Source: an uncultured Bacilli bacterium (GTDB lineage: Bacteria > Bacillota_I > Bacilli_A > RF39 > UBA660). Taken from it: DNA of 64,000 nucleotides. Positions 1 to 10,359 of the stretch are shown piece after piece. A program made the position numbers and the translations under genes. The stretch's first letter is position 1. Every line of letters begins with the position of its first letter. The notes below the pieces were generated by a model. It was not told the DNA's origin. It ran no database searches and saw nothing but the letters and a program-made list of their open reading frames with translations. The stretch covers positions 46,719 through 110,718 of the forward strand of contig CAKOIN010000004.1 of assembly GCA_934086955.1 (NCBI GenBank), in the 5' to 3' direction.

Positions 1-148
1 TAACAACTTTAAATGAATATGGAGCATATTTCTCATATGTACCTGCTACTTGATCTGCTAAAAATTTATATGAATTATCGCCTGTATTCTTACGATAAAA
101 ATATATAAATGCAATAATAGCAGCAACAACAAATATCTCAATATACAT
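1..148 (-). CDS. Partial membrane protein; N-terminus present (MYIEIFVVAAIIAFIYFYRK...), C-terminus lies beyond window start. Sits where TadB-like genes are found downstream of a CpaF/TadA ATPase.
   Basis: ATG at 146-148 (minus) preceded by GGAGGTG; hand translation of the reverse complement gives an open frame with a hydrophobic N-terminus to position 1. Too short for the ORF track. Confidence 0.3.
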   Translation of the reverse strand, partial: MYIEIFVVAAIIAFIYFYRKNTGDNSYKFLADQVAGTYEKYAPYSFKVV

Positions 149-159
149 TATTTCACCTC

Positions 160-1359
160 CTATATATCAACAATTTCAAGTTTGGAATTGTCATTTACAC
201 TTTGATTAACTGTATTTACAGACCCATTTACAGTAGTGTTAACATTAGAATCAAGTTCACTTGTTCCAACATCACTATCTGTAGATTTAAGTTCACTACC
301 CTTTGGTATAAACGGATCTTCCGGCATCATAACACCTTGACTAGCTAAATAATCAATTAAATGACTAGTCGGATTATTATAAACTTCATTATCCACTAAA
401 TCTCTTGAATAAAGAACATTAACTTTTGCTTTATTATCAGTATCATCTACATAAAATTCTACAACTTGTGTAATCTCTCTTTGAAATCTATTATATTTCT
501 TAGAAAAGAAACCTTTAATATGTACTCCAAGTTGAATATATCTATGCATTGATGCAACAAATTGATCTATATCTTGACTAGATTCTAAAAGTGAATATAA
601 ACGCATTGGAATACTTGATGCTTTATCAGAGTGTATTGTTGATAAAATATTGTGTCCTGATGAAATTGAGTTACGAACAGCAAGAACAGCTTCAGCAGAA
701 CGAACCTCTGAAAGTAAAATCCATCTTGGGTTTTGTCTCATACAAGCCACCAAAACATCAGAATATGAAGCAATATTATTTGTTTTCATCGCAACAATAT
801 CACGATTAGGATAAATCTTATCTAAATGAAGTTCCAAAGTATCTTCAATAGTAATTATCTTTTCATCTTCTTTTATATTACTAGCAAGATATTTAATAAA
901 CTCTGTTTTACCTGAACCAGTTTCTCCACTAACAAGTATATTGCAGTGACCACTAACACAAGTAATTAAGAAATCATGTAATTTAAGAGATACATAATCT
1001 TCTTTAACAAGCTTATCTTTATTAAGTCTTATCATGGCTGGAGTTTTTCTTATAAGCAAAGCTATTCCATTAGTCGCTATAGAATCATGTACGAAGTTAA
1101 GACGAAGCTCAGCACTCTCAGCATCCAAAAGTGGATGAGCCATATTAAATGTCTTACCCATAACATTTGAACATTGAAATGCTAACTTTTCAACAACTTC
1201 ATTATTTATACCTTCAATCTTAACTGGATATACACCTTTACTAAGTGTTTTAACCCATAATTGACCACCATTAGAATATGAAATATCTGTTATATCATCA
1301 TTTTCTAATAAAGGCATAAATAAACCAAAATCTATTTGTGAAAAAACAACATTATCCAT
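160..1359 (-). CDS. CpaF/TadA/VirB11-family secretion ATPase (T2SS/T4P E-type) with a Ser/Thr/Asn-rich C-terminal tail
   Basis: Walker A 'VSGETGSGKTEF', 'ITIEDTLEL' Asp box and His-box region typical of PF00437 ATPases; ATG start; sits directly downstream of two CpaB-like genes. Confidence 0.8.
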   Translation of the reverse strand: MDNVVFSQIDFGLFMPLLENDDITDISYSNGGQLWVKTLSKGVYPVKIEGINNEVVEKLAFQCSNVMGKTFNMAHPLLDAESAELRLNFVHDSIATNGIALLIRKTPAMIRLNKDKLVKEDYVSLKLHDFLITCVSGHCNILVSGETGSGKTEFIKYLASNIKEDEKIITIEDTLELHLDKIYPNRDIVAMKTNNIASYSDVLVACMRQNPRWILLSEVRSAEAVLAVRNSISSGHNILSTIHSDKASSIPMRLYSLLESSQDIDQFVASMHRYIQLGVHIKGFFSKKYNRFQREITQVVEFYVDDTDNKAKVNVLYSRDLVDNEVYNNPTSHLIDYLASQGVMMPEDPFIPKGSELKSTDSDVGTSELDSNVNTTVNGSVNTVNQSVNDNSKLEIVDI

Positions 1360-1381
1360 GAAAAACCCTTTCTATATCTTT

Positions 1382-2179
1382 TTATTCATTTACTTTTATA
1401 TTATCGTCTCCTGCACCATTATCATCAATAATATCAGGAACAACCTTCTCACATCTACTTTCAATCAAATTTCTTAAATAAGTACTACTAATATTAGTTG
1501 TTTTATCATAATTCTTATTTCTTGGAACAGGAATTAAAGTACCAGATAAATACATAGCTTGTCTTAAAAGAATATGATATTCTTCAGAAACACTAAATAT
1601 TAATGCACTAGCATCTTTTTGATTTGAACCTTTTTTAAATATATGACTACCATCTTTATCTTTAACAGCAAGTATTGTAATACCTTCTATTAACTTACCT
1701 AAAACAAGTTGACCACTATCATCTTTAGTTTGATAATATAAATCAATCTTATCATTAGGGAATATTGAGTTACCATAAGTAGTCATAGTACTAACTGGAA
1801 GTGAGAATACTGTATCACCAGTTGGAATACTTGACCAAGCTGAATCTGGCATTCTCTTCCACTCTATAATAGCTGATGCATAAAATGCACTACCAGCTGG
1901 AATATATGTATTATAATTAACATACTTTCCAATTATACTTTTCTTATCTCTAATAACATTACTATTAAGCATAGATGCTGCTACTTCTATTTCCTCTATT
2001 AAATCCTCAGTTATTTCAGTTCTAGCAGGAATAGTTTCCTTAGCAACATAAATCTTAACTTTATTAATTTCTTTACTAACCCTATATTCATAAGCAAAAT
2101 ATAGAATTAATAAACACACTATACCCAAAACAATAGTAACTACTGTTTTATTTTCAAAAATCTTTTTTAGTCCCTTCAT
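1382..2179 (-). CDS. CpaB/RcpC-like Flp-pilus assembly protein (N-terminal TM plus SAF-like domain)
   Basis: N-terminal TM helix then 'IYVAKETIPARTEITEDLIEEIEV', matching the SAF/CpaB pattern; AGGAGGT RBS; 1-nt stop/start overlap with the upstream paralog. Confidence 0.6.
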   Translation of the reverse strand: MKGLKKIFENKTVVTIVLGIVCLLILYFAYEYRVSKEINKVKIYVAKETIPARTEITEDLIEEIEVAASMLNSNVIRDKKSIIGKYVNYNTYIPAGSAFYASAIIEWKRMPDSAWSSIPTGDTVFSLPVSTMTTYGNSIFPNDKIDLYYQTKDDSGQLVLGKLIEGITILAVKDKDGSHIFKKGSNQKDASALIFSVSEEYHILLRQAMYLSGTLIPVPRNKNYDKTTNISSTYLRNLIESRCEKVVPDIIDDNGAGDDNIKVNE

Positions 2180-2985
2180 TATTGATTACCTCCTTGAATA
2201 GGATTCATCTCTAAATCTTTTTCAGATACATCAACAGTTCTCTTTTCTATTATGCTCTTAATGTATGCACTACTAATTCTAGTAGGCTTTGGATTTAAAG
2301 AATATTCAGCATTTCTTGGTACTGGAATCAAAGTAATATCTTTATAAATTGCCTTTCTTAATAATAAGTGTAATTCTTCAGGAACAGTAAACATTAAATA
2401 TGCTGGAGATTCAACCTTAGTACTCTTTTCAAATATATTATTACCATCAGAATCAATAACAGCTAAAACTCTAATACTTTCAATAAACTTAGCAACTATT
2501 AACTTATCTTGTTCACCATAACCAACATAATATAAATCAATATAATTACCTGTGAATATTGAATTACCATATGTAGTTTCAAGTGAAACTGGCAATGTTA
2601 TAACTGTATAATCATCAGGGATATCTTCAAATAAACTTGATGGAAGTTCATCCCATGTCTTAATAGTATCTTTATAAAATAAACTACCAAGTGGTATCTC
2701 TACATCTTGAGATACATACTTACCAACAATCAAAGAAGAACTTATAATAACATCTCTTGTTATCATTCCACCAGGAACTTTCTTAATACCAATATCTTTA
2801 TTAACTATTTCAGTTCTTGGCTCTAATCTTCTTACCGCATAAGGTACACTTATTGGTTCAGTAGCTTTTTTAATTCTCAAATTATATGCATAATATAGTA
2901 TCGCAAGTGATGCTAATAATGCAAAAATAGTAACCGTATTTTTATTTTTTAAAAATCTTTTCAATGCAACTTTAATATTTCCCAT
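2179..2985 (-). CDS. CpaB/RcpC-like protein, second tandem paralog
   Basis: Same architecture (TM then 'PYAVRRLEPRTEIVNKDIGIKKV'); shared C-terminal 'TLIPVPRN' motif with 1382..2179. Start moved to the internal ATG (MGNIK) preceded by GGAGGA plus a 7-nt spacer. Confidence 0.6.
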   Translation of the reverse strand: MGNIKVALKRFLKNKNTVTIFALLASLAILYYAYNLRIKKATEPISVPYAVRRLEPRTEIVNKDIGIKKVPGGMITRDVIISSSLIVGKYVSQDVEIPLGSLFYKDTIKTWDELPSSLFEDIPDDYTVITLPVSLETTYGNSIFTGNYIDLYYVGYGEQDKLIVAKFIESIRVLAVIDSDGNNIFEKSTKVESPAYLMFTVPEELHLLLRKAIYKDITLIPVPRNAEYSLNPKPTRISSAYIKSIIEKRTVDVSEKDLEMNPIQGGNQ

Positions 2986-3062
2986 TCTTTTTTCCTCCAT
3001 AGACTTTTACTACTATCTATTCTAATTAATTATAACACATCAAATAAAAATATTTCAATATA

Positions 3063-4235
3063 TTATTCATTATAAATACAATAATCATGAAATTTTTCAC
3101 ATATAAATTTTTTATTAATCGAAAGTCCAAAATTATTATTAAACTTATTTTTATTAGATATTTTATTTCTTAAATCAACAATTCTTTTAGCAGAATCATC
3201 AATCATTTTTTCATCTATTTCTCCACTCTTAACAGCTTTTTCTATTAAATCTATAACTCTTTTTGAACCATTTGGCATAATAAACATATTCACACCTGCA
3301 TTAATAGCTTTAACATATATATCCTTTTCTGAATAATTATTCGAAATAGTTCCCATATTTACCGCATCAATCATAACCACACCATCAAACTTTAATTCAT
3401 TTCTTAATATATCATTTACAATAACAGATGATAATGAAGCTGGCAAATTATCATTAGTTATTTTAGGATAACTAGAATGCCCTACCATTATTACTTCAAC
3501 ACCCTCATTAATTAATTTAATAAACGGTTGTAAATCTGTATTATAAAGTTCTTCATAAGTTTTATTAACAATAGATACCTTAGAATCATGAGTATCATCA
3601 ACAGTATCACCAATACCAGGAAAATGTTTCACAATAGATATAACATCATTATCAATAATACCTTTGTATATTTCACTAGCATTAGAAATAACAATATCTT
3701 TATCATCTGATATCATTCTTTTACCCATAGCTGATGTTTTATAATCTCCAATATCAAGTACAGGAGAAAACACAGCATTAGCTCCAATACTTGATACCTC
3801 AGTACCAATAATATTACCTATTTTATATGAAACAGATTTATCATTAAGACTTCCAATATCATAAGCATTTGGTATAAATGTAGCTTTCTTATCTTTAATA
3901 TCATATAGTCTTTGAACACTACCGCCTTCTTGATCAACAGCTACAATCATATTCTTACCACCATATTTATATAAATCTGATATAAACTTTCTTGTTCTAT
4001 CATAACTAATTAAATTAGCTCCAGTTAAAATAAAACCACCAGGATTATTCTCTTTTAAAGAAGTTATTAAATCTTCATCAACTTCATCTAAATTATAATA
4101 TACCATTAACATTTGACCTATTTTTTCTCTTAGTGACATATTATCAATAGATAATTTATTATTTTTATTATAAATAAATATTACAGTTATAAATGCTATA
4201 ATACAAATTAATATTATAATTACTTTCTTTTTCAT
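3063..4235 (-). CDS. Glycoside hydrolase family 3 beta-N-acetylhexosaminidase (NagZ-like), N-terminally membrane-anchored so probably extracytoplasmic
   Basis: GH3 signature 'KHFPGIGDTVDDTHD' and 'GFILTGAN'; TM helix at N-terminus. The ORF-track start is GTG; I used the internal ATG (MKKK) with a GGTGAAG RBS. Confidence 0.7.
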   Translation of the reverse strand: MKKKVIIILICIIAFITVIFIYNKNNKLSIDNMSLREKIGQMLMVYYNLDEVDEDLITSLKENNPGGFILTGANLISYDRTRKFISDLYKYGGKNMIVAVDQEGGSVQRLYDIKDKKATFIPNAYDIGSLNDKSVSYKIGNIIGTEVSSIGANAVFSPVLDIGDYKTSAMGKRMISDDKDIVISNASEIYKGIIDNDVISIVKHFPGIGDTVDDTHDSKVSIVNKTYEELYNTDLQPFIKLINEGVEVIMVGHSSYPKITNDNLPASLSSVIVNDILRNELKFDGVVMIDAVNMGTISNNYSEKDIYVKAINAGVNMFIMPNGSKRVIDLIEKAVKSGEIDEKMIDDSAKRIVDLRNKISNKNKFNNNFGLSINKKFICEKFHDYCIYNE

Positions 4236-4270
4236 TACTTCACCTATCATATATAACAATGTTAGCACAT

Positions 4271-4313
4271 TTCATAAAAATTAAAAAGAGATAACTTTGT
4301 TAGCTATCTCTTA
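4271..4313 (-). terminator. Putative terminator/attenuator between the C39-peptidase gene and the GH3 gene
   Basis: aagagata-(11-nt loop)-tatctctt stem, followed on minus by UUUAAUUUUUAUGAA. Confidence 0.4.
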
Positions 4314-4317
4314 TTTA

Positions 4318-5457
4318 TTATTTTAATTTATATGAAGCTCCAAACCAGATACCACATTCATTAGTAGTACTGCATTTACCATGCCAATTAGTAAGAGCTG
4401 TATTATTAAATAAGCTATCTACATTATATGTACCATTTTGTTCACCAGCCCAAGGATTACATACTTGAATCTTATCAGGAGAACCCGAAATAGCAATATA
4501 ATGATTTGGAATTCTTAATATAATTGTTTCACCTCTGTTAAGTGCATCAGTTACAGCTTTCTTTCTATCAGCTACACTACTAGCACTATTAAATAGCTGT
4601 TTTCCTTCTAATCCTAACTTATCCATCAAACTTGAATCGGTAAGTGTAGAAGTAGCAACTCTACCACAAGTAGTAGAACCTTGTACTCCTTTACATTCTT
4701 CTGACTTTTGAGCAGGTATACTACTAGTTGCATGATTTGGACCATCCCATATTGTATTTTTTACATCATTAGGAGAAATATTTTTTCCAAATGCACTTGC
4801 AACCATCGAAATTGAAGTATATCCGCATCCTTGATTATATAAGTTTGCACCATTAGCAAATCCTGTTTTACTAGAATCATAATCATTTCTATTATAACTA
4901 GTTTGATATCCACAAGTTAATGGCGGTGCCACTTTTGTTTCCTCAACAGGTTCTTCTTCATCACCATCATCAGATGGAGGTAAAGCACCTGTACCAGCAG
5001 TTCCAATTCCAGAACCAGTTTGAGAAGGTAAAACATTAGAATTAAAATCAATACCATAAACTGTTTCTAAAATACCATGCATATAAGTATCTAATTTAAT
5101 ATCAAAACTACCAGACTTTAATGTTGCCTCTCCACTTACTGTTCTAATTCTAACAGTAGCCTTAGGAGGTTCTTCATAAATATCATAAAAATCTAACTGA
5201 TAATCTTTATTATTAGTAACATTCTCAGCAAATCTACGAATAAAAACTTCAACAAACTTTTCTTGAGACATTACTACTCTACCACTAGCTCTAAAAGTTC
5301 CATAATCTACAGCATCTAACATTGATGCTTCCATTATCTCTCTACCTAAATAGAAATCTTCTTCAGTAGTAGTTGTCATTCTCTGAACTAATAGAAGGAT
5401 AACTATTACTATAATAGCAAGTACTAAGATTAGATATCCCCATATTGACTCTTTCAT
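4318..5457 (-). CDS. Membrane-anchored protein with a C-terminal papain-fold C39-like cysteine peptidase domain
   Basis: N-terminal TM; C-terminal 'NQGCGYTSISMVASAFG' (Cys box) and later 'IPNHYIAISG' (His box) resemble Peptidase_C39_2/CHAP-like domains. Confidence 0.45.
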   Translation of the reverse strand: MKESIWGYLILVLAIIVIVILLLVQRMTTTTEEDFYLGREIMEASMLDAVDYGTFRASGRVVMSQEKFVEVFIRRFAENVTNNKDYQLDFYDIYEEPPKATVRIRTVSGEATLKSGSFDIKLDTYMHGILETVYGIDFNSNVLPSQTGSGIGTAGTGALPPSDDGDEEEPVEETKVAPPLTCGYQTSYNRNDYDSSKTGFANGANLYNQGCGYTSISMVASAFGKNISPNDVKNTIWDGPNHATSSIPAQKSEECKGVQGSTTCGRVATSTLTDSSLMDKLGLEGKQLFNSASSVADRKKAVTDALNRGETIILRIPNHYIAISGSPDKIQVCNPWAGEQNGTYNVDSLFNNTALTNWHGKCSTTNECGIWFGASYKLK

Positions 5458-5460
5458 ATA

Positions 5461-8400
5461 TTAATAGTCATCTCCTTTCACTCCATCAGATTTAATAACT
5501 TGAATACCAAAGTTATTACTATTAGTTCTAATTTCATTCATAAACGAAGTAGTACATTCATAGAATCCTCCAGTTGAATCACTTATAGGTACAGCATAAC
5601 ATTGATCGTAAGAGTTATCTATATATCCACCTCTAACATTTTTATTTTTATTGTATTCTTTTATTTTCTTAATAGCATCACTATTTAATATGAAGCTATA
5701 TTGTAAGTATTTATTACCATTGCTATACATATCACTAGCAGTTGCTTCAATAGCATCTTTTATATCAGAATTTTCTAACCAGTTATTACCAATAGGTCTT
5801 TCAGCTGGGAATAGATTTCCTAATTCAACATTTCTATAAATAAATCCATATCCTTTGGAATTAGTATTTTTATCACTCCAGTGAGCACAAGCACCTTCTT
5901 CACGAATTATTGGTACTCCGTTTTTTATTTCATAACATAAGTTATTACAAGCATCAGATAAATCAACATTACCAGCATCATCAACTTGAAGTTCACAATC
6001 ATATAAATTAGTTATATTATAAACTTCATATTGACAAGTAAATTCATAATAATCATGATTTAATATACCAGATTTACTTAATTTAGAACCAACTTTAGTA
6101 TATCTATGTTTTATATCATAAGCTTTTGTTGAACCACTTTCAGTATCCATACTTACAGGGAATACATATTTATCTAAGCTAAGTGAATTACCAGAACCAG
6201 CTCCTTCCCTAACTATCCCAGTATAAGCTTCTGTAGAATATTCTTTTGGCTGCCAGAAATCAGCTTCACTAACAACTGTAAATATAGCAAAGTCATTAAT
6301 AGGAAGTTCAATTTGTTTACCGCTAACAGCATTCTTCTCACATTTAGCATTAGTGTCATAGCCACTACAAGAAACTAAATCATGTTTTCCTAATAAATTT
6401 GATGCAGATAAATCAACTTCAGAGTTGAAATCACCATTATAGCAACTAGCATAATATGAATTTCCACCCTTCTTTTCATTTTCATCATTAACACAATATT
6501 TAGTTTGTTGTTCTTGTTCTTTAATATCTTCAATTTGTGTTAAAATTTCAACTTCTTTGCCAAAAGTAGTTGTTGCACCATAATTATGATCATCATAAGT
6601 TATGTCTAAACCAATACATTCTTCTTCATTTTCACAGTTAGCAAGTTTAAGAATATAGTCCTTAGTTGTTCCACCATCTATTGCATGAGTGAATGTTCCT
6701 TGATACTTAGGTCTATGTGGAGTATACCCACTAAAGTCAACATAACTCGCACTATTGTAATATAAATTCAAATCAGTACTTCTATATAAGTTACAGTTTT
6801 CCAATTCATATATTAATTGAGTAACATTATTAACAGCAGATTTAAATGCACCCCATAATGCTGCCTCTCGATCTTTAACTTTACAAGGCTCGTCACCCGC
6901 CTCGCCTTCTACACATCCAGAAGAGGCACCAGCAGTACAACTATAATGATGACAAGTATCTTTCTTTCCATTTATAGTACATGAATAAGAATCACACTCA
7001 CTATATGATGTTCCGTTACTTTGATGATATCTACCATCAATATCACTTGGAGCCACTGGACTACTACTAATATTAAATGTTACTTTATTTGAAGTGTTTT
7101 TACTATTATTATTTATATTATAGCCATTTCCACTACCAGTAGTTGATTTTGTATATCGTGGGCTGCCACTGTAAGGCCAAGTAAATACATGATCAAAACC
7201 TTCAAGTGTATCAGAAACAGGACAGGTACTTGGACAACCGCTACCACTGTTATAACAAAATACAGTAGGAGCATGATTTAATTTAGGATTACAACTACCC
7301 CAACCTTCATTTTTATGTAGTGTCTCATATGCTTTCCAACTTGACCAAGCATCAACCATATCTTTAACAGCTTTACCATACATTTTTTGCCATGTATTAT
7401 ATCCTTGTTTAATATAGGAATCATACTTAGAAGTTGTAGTCGAATAATTATATCTTGGATTTCTGTGGTCATAATATATCTCTGAAGCACATTGTCTCTT
7501 TTGAAGAACCATTGCTGTAAGAGAATGACCATTTGTTAATTTTCTCTTATCACCAAGAACATTTTCTATTTGATATTTAAATTGCATTCCAGCATAAACT
7601 CTTGTTTTATTTGCCATATAGAATTCAATCTCTTCACGACAGAATATTCTACATATACCAACATCAACACCATATTTATCGCTGAAATCATATTGATTTC
7701 TTTCACTAACATTACAAGCATTCATAATACAGTTCATGTAAGGCTCTTCAACAGTACCTTGATCGTAAGTATCATAAATACCTTGATTAAATTCTCCATA
7801 ATTTGAACAATATCCAGGAAGTGAATTTTGTACTTCAAAATTATCACATCTCTTTATTGGACCATTGCTTTCACAAGGACATACAACTGTAGTAGTCTTT
7901 GTTGCTATTTGTTCTAAGTCTTCTTTTTTAACTGTACTACCTGGAGTTACATCCTCATCCCCAGGAGTCTTACCATTAGTTTGCCAACCATTTATATCAA
8001 AACCTACAAATTGCTGAGCAATTTCACCGCTAGCAGTTACATAGTTTTTAATAAATGCATTTGGCCCACTACCGCTTTTCCCACCTGGAACACCATATAT
8101 GTGAACAACTAAATAATTATCAGTTTGAGTTGTCTCAGTTTGAGTACACATTTGAGAATATTTAGCAGTAAATTTACAATAATTTTTATCACAACCACCA
8201 GGCAAATTCTCAGTTGGAATAACTCTACCATATTTATCAGTAACAGTAATAACAACATTACATCCATCATCTAACTCATTACAGTATTTAACTGGAACTT
8301 CAATAGGAGTATCTTTTGTTACTATAGTTGAACCAATAAACATTTTTTTGAATTCTAATTCTATTTGAACATTTTTATTCTTTTTATCAAATTCAAAGTT

Positions 8401-9594
8401 AGCATCTATATCTTTTGAAGTTCCTATAGAAACATCACCTGAAGCCTCAGTATTAGATTGAACTTGATTAATAAAATCTGCTAATTTAGAATTCTGAGGA
8501 TTTTTAGCAAAATCAACAGCACTTTGTAATAATGATGCAAAATCTTCTATATTTTTTTTCTGAGTATCATTGCTATAACAAAATACACCTTTATTTTTAC
8601 AAGCATCATTACAGCTTATTGGTGTTCCTCCCTTAAGATAATATTCCATACTTTTATCATAAACATCAGTTGCTGAGTAATAATCAAATGCAGAAGCTTC
8701 AGCACTTGATGCTCCTGAACTTACACTACCATCAGAATCTTTGATTCCACCTTGACCATCTATATATTTATGATAATATGCTACATAAGCTCTTAGGGCT
8801 GAAGAAACTGAAGCATAAGAGTAACCAGCATCACTCTTTGATATATTACCATTTGCATCAAAACTTACATTAGCAGAATTAAGTAATACAGAAGCAAGAC
8901 CACATTGATATGAGTAACTACTATCACCTGTACAATTAGATAAATCAAAGTTCTCAAGAGCTTTATAATTCATTGCACTCTTGTCTGGACCACTTCTACC
9001 TTGTTGCAAACAATATATTCTTTCACTTATATTTGCAAAATCTGGATTAGATGAATTATATTCAACAGCAGGCATTGGTCTAACACTAGTATGTTTTTCT
9101 ACTGAAGTTTTATAATAAGAAAAGGTTGCCGTACAAGTAAATGATACAGGTGCTTCTCCAAGTCTAAGTTTTTGAACTGTATAATCATCATCAACACCAG
9201 CACTCATTAAAGTTGGCATATTATTCTTTGAGTCACTAATTTGATATTGAGTACCACTTCTTAAACAAGTTGCTTGTTGCACATTAGTAACTGTATAACC
9301 ATTCTTCTTTGCTTGAGCAACTCTTAGCTCAAGCTGTTTATTAACTTCCTTCATTAATTCTGGTCTTTTTGTTCCAGATCTTCTTATAGTTGCTGGAATT
9401 GCTTTTCCATCCTTTTTACTTGTCCAATCAATACAATAACTAAGATCTGTTGTAGAAGTCTTGCCTGAATTAAATATTTTAATATTAGTAGAACTTCCAG
9501 AATCACCAGTAACTGCAAAAGTTAAATCTATATTTAAGAAAAATATATTTAGAACTATTAATAAAACTAAAATTAATTTATTATTCTTTTTCAT
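5461..9594 (-). CDS. 1377-aa secreted cysteine-rich protein of unknown function (signal peptide; no C-terminal anchor or sorting motif seen)
   Basis: Long ORF with ATG start; classic signal peptide 'MKKNNKLILVLLIVLNIFFLNIDLTFA'; dozens of Cys throughout; 4-nt ATGA overlap with the upstream gene implies coupling. Confidence 0.8.
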   Translation of the reverse strand: MKKNNKLILVLLIVLNIFFLNIDLTFAVTGDSGSSTNIKIFNSGKTSTTDLSYCIDWTSKKDGKAIPATIRRSGTKRPELMKEVNKQLELRVAQAKKNGYTVTNVQQATCLRSGTQYQISDSKNNMPTLMSAGVDDDYTVQKLRLGEAPVSFTCTATFSYYKTSVEKHTSVRPMPAVEYNSSNPDFANISERIYCLQQGRSGPDKSAMNYKALENFDLSNCTGDSSYSYQCGLASVLLNSANVSFDANGNISKSDAGYSYASVSSALRAYVAYYHKYIDGQGGIKDSDGSVSSGASSAEASAFDYYSATDVYDKSMEYYLKGGTPISCNDACKNKGVFCYSNDTQKKNIEDFASLLQSAVDFAKNPQNSKLADFINQVQSNTEASGDVSIGTSKDIDANFEFDKKNKNVQIELEFKKMFIGSTIVTKDTPIEVPVKYCNELDDGCNVVITVTDKYGRVIPTENLPGGCDKNYCKFTAKYSQMCTQTETTQTDNYLVVHIYGVPGGKSGSGPNAFIKNYVTASGEIAQQFVGFDINGWQTNGKTPGDEDVTPGSTVKKEDLEQIATKTTTVVCPCESNGPIKRCDNFEVQNSLPGYCSNYGEFNQGIYDTYDQGTVEEPYMNCIMNACNVSERNQYDFSDKYGVDVGICRIFCREEIEFYMANKTRVYAGMQFKYQIENVLGDKRKLTNGHSLTAMVLQKRQCASEIYYDHRNPRYNYSTTTSKYDSYIKQGYNTWQKMYGKAVKDMVDAWSSWKAYETLHKNEGWGSCNPKLNHAPTVFCYNSGSGCPSTCPVSDTLEGFDHVFTWPYSGSPRYTKSTTGSGNGYNINNNSKNTSNKVTFNISSSPVAPSDIDGRYHQSNGTSYSECDSYSCTINGKKDTCHHYSCTAGASSGCVEGEAGDEPCKVKDREAALWGAFKSAVNNVTQLIYELENCNLYRSTDLNLYYNSASYVDFSGYTPHRPKYQGTFTHAIDGGTTKDYILKLANCENEEECIGLDITYDDHNYGATTTFGKEVEILTQIEDIKEQEQQTKYCVNDENEKKGGNSYYASCYNGDFNSEVDLSASNLLGKHDLVSCSGYDTNAKCEKNAVSGKQIELPINDFAIFTVVSEADFWQPKEYSTEAYTGIVREGAGSGNSLSLDKYVFPVSMDTESGSTKAYDIKHRYTKVGSKLSKSGILNHDYYEFTCQYEVYNITNLYDCELQVDDAGNVDLSDACNNLCYEIKNGVPIIREEGACAHWSDKNTNSKGYGFIYRNVELGNLFPAERPIGNNWLENSDIKDAIEATASDMYSNGNKYLQYSFILNSDAIKKIKEYNKNKNVRGGYIDNSYDQCYAVPISDSTGGFYECTTSFMNEIRTNSNNFGIQVIKSDGVKGDDY

Positions 9595-10280
9595 TCGTTA
9601 TCCACCTTCTTTTTATATAAATGAATCTTTATAGCATAGAAAGCAGCAACTAATACTACAGGTATAACAGCAAAATACCAATTCTTTTTAATATAATACC
9701 AAACTTTTTGAATGAAATTCATATTTTCTAATTCATGTTGTTTTTCAGCATTTTTAACAAGCCTACCGAACTCTTTATCTGTAACATCTTTCATATCATT
9801 ACTATAAGTTTTACATATATCATCAGAAGGATTATTTATACAATACTCTCTCTGAGAAAAAATATTATATGGTGGAACTGTATATTCTAAACTTTTAAGT
9901 AAAACGCCTGGACATGCTGAATTCTTACCTCCATAAAAAGAGAAAGTATATGTTTTACTATCCATATGAACATATGAACCTAAAACATTAGTGCCATATA
10001 AATCATCATACTCTATTTCAATATCTTTATTAGTATGATTATTTCTAGCCATAACCTTTATATTTTTATTATAAGGATAAATAAATAGAAGATATGAATA
10101 TTCTTTTTCTCTAATAATATTTCCTTTTTCATCTCCAACTCCCAAATCCTCATCATAATTGATATAAACATTCTCTGCCCACTCATTCAAATCTTTATCA
10201 TTACAAGTAGCTGCATTTACTCCAAATGAAAAGACAAATAAGCAAAAAATACTAAATAAAATTTTTTTCAATTCCTTCAT
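9591..10280 (-). CDS. Small secreted protein with signal peptide and C-terminal TM anchor
   Basis: ATG with AGGTGA RBS; signal peptide '...FSFGVNAATC'; C-terminal hydrophobic 'YFAVIPVVLVAAFYAI' followed by a basic tail. Confidence 0.65.
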   Translation of the reverse strand: MKELKKILFSIFCLFVFSFGVNAATCNDKDLNEWAENVYINYDEDLGVGDEKGNIIREKEYSYLLFIYPYNKNIKVMARNNHTNKDIEIEYDDLYGTNVLGSYVHMDSKTYTFSFYGGKNSACPGVLLKSLEYTVPPYNIFSQREYCINNPSDDICKTYSNDMKDVTDKEFGRLVKNAEKQHELENMNFIQKVWYYIKKNWYFAVIPVVLVAAFYAIKIHLYKKKVDNE

Positions 10281-10359
10281 ATTTCACCTACTTTATTCTA
10301 GAAAAATTATAACATAACTAATTAAAAATGTCATTAAAATATTAAAAAACATGATACTT

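Noticed and set aside
591-809. Short antisense ORFs in the ORF track (591..809, 5651..5839, 7278..7532, 7570..7806, 14858..15055, 18372..18575, 19179..19391, 22594..22842, 31067..31315, 31912..32136, 36042..36242, 38749..38979, 43162..43397, 45787..46044, 48660..48901, 51855..52043, 52577..52807, 59583..59795, 63663..63890)
   Set aside because: Each lies within or opposite a longer motif-supported gene. This AT-rich DNA gives long chance ORFs, and none has a convincing RBS.
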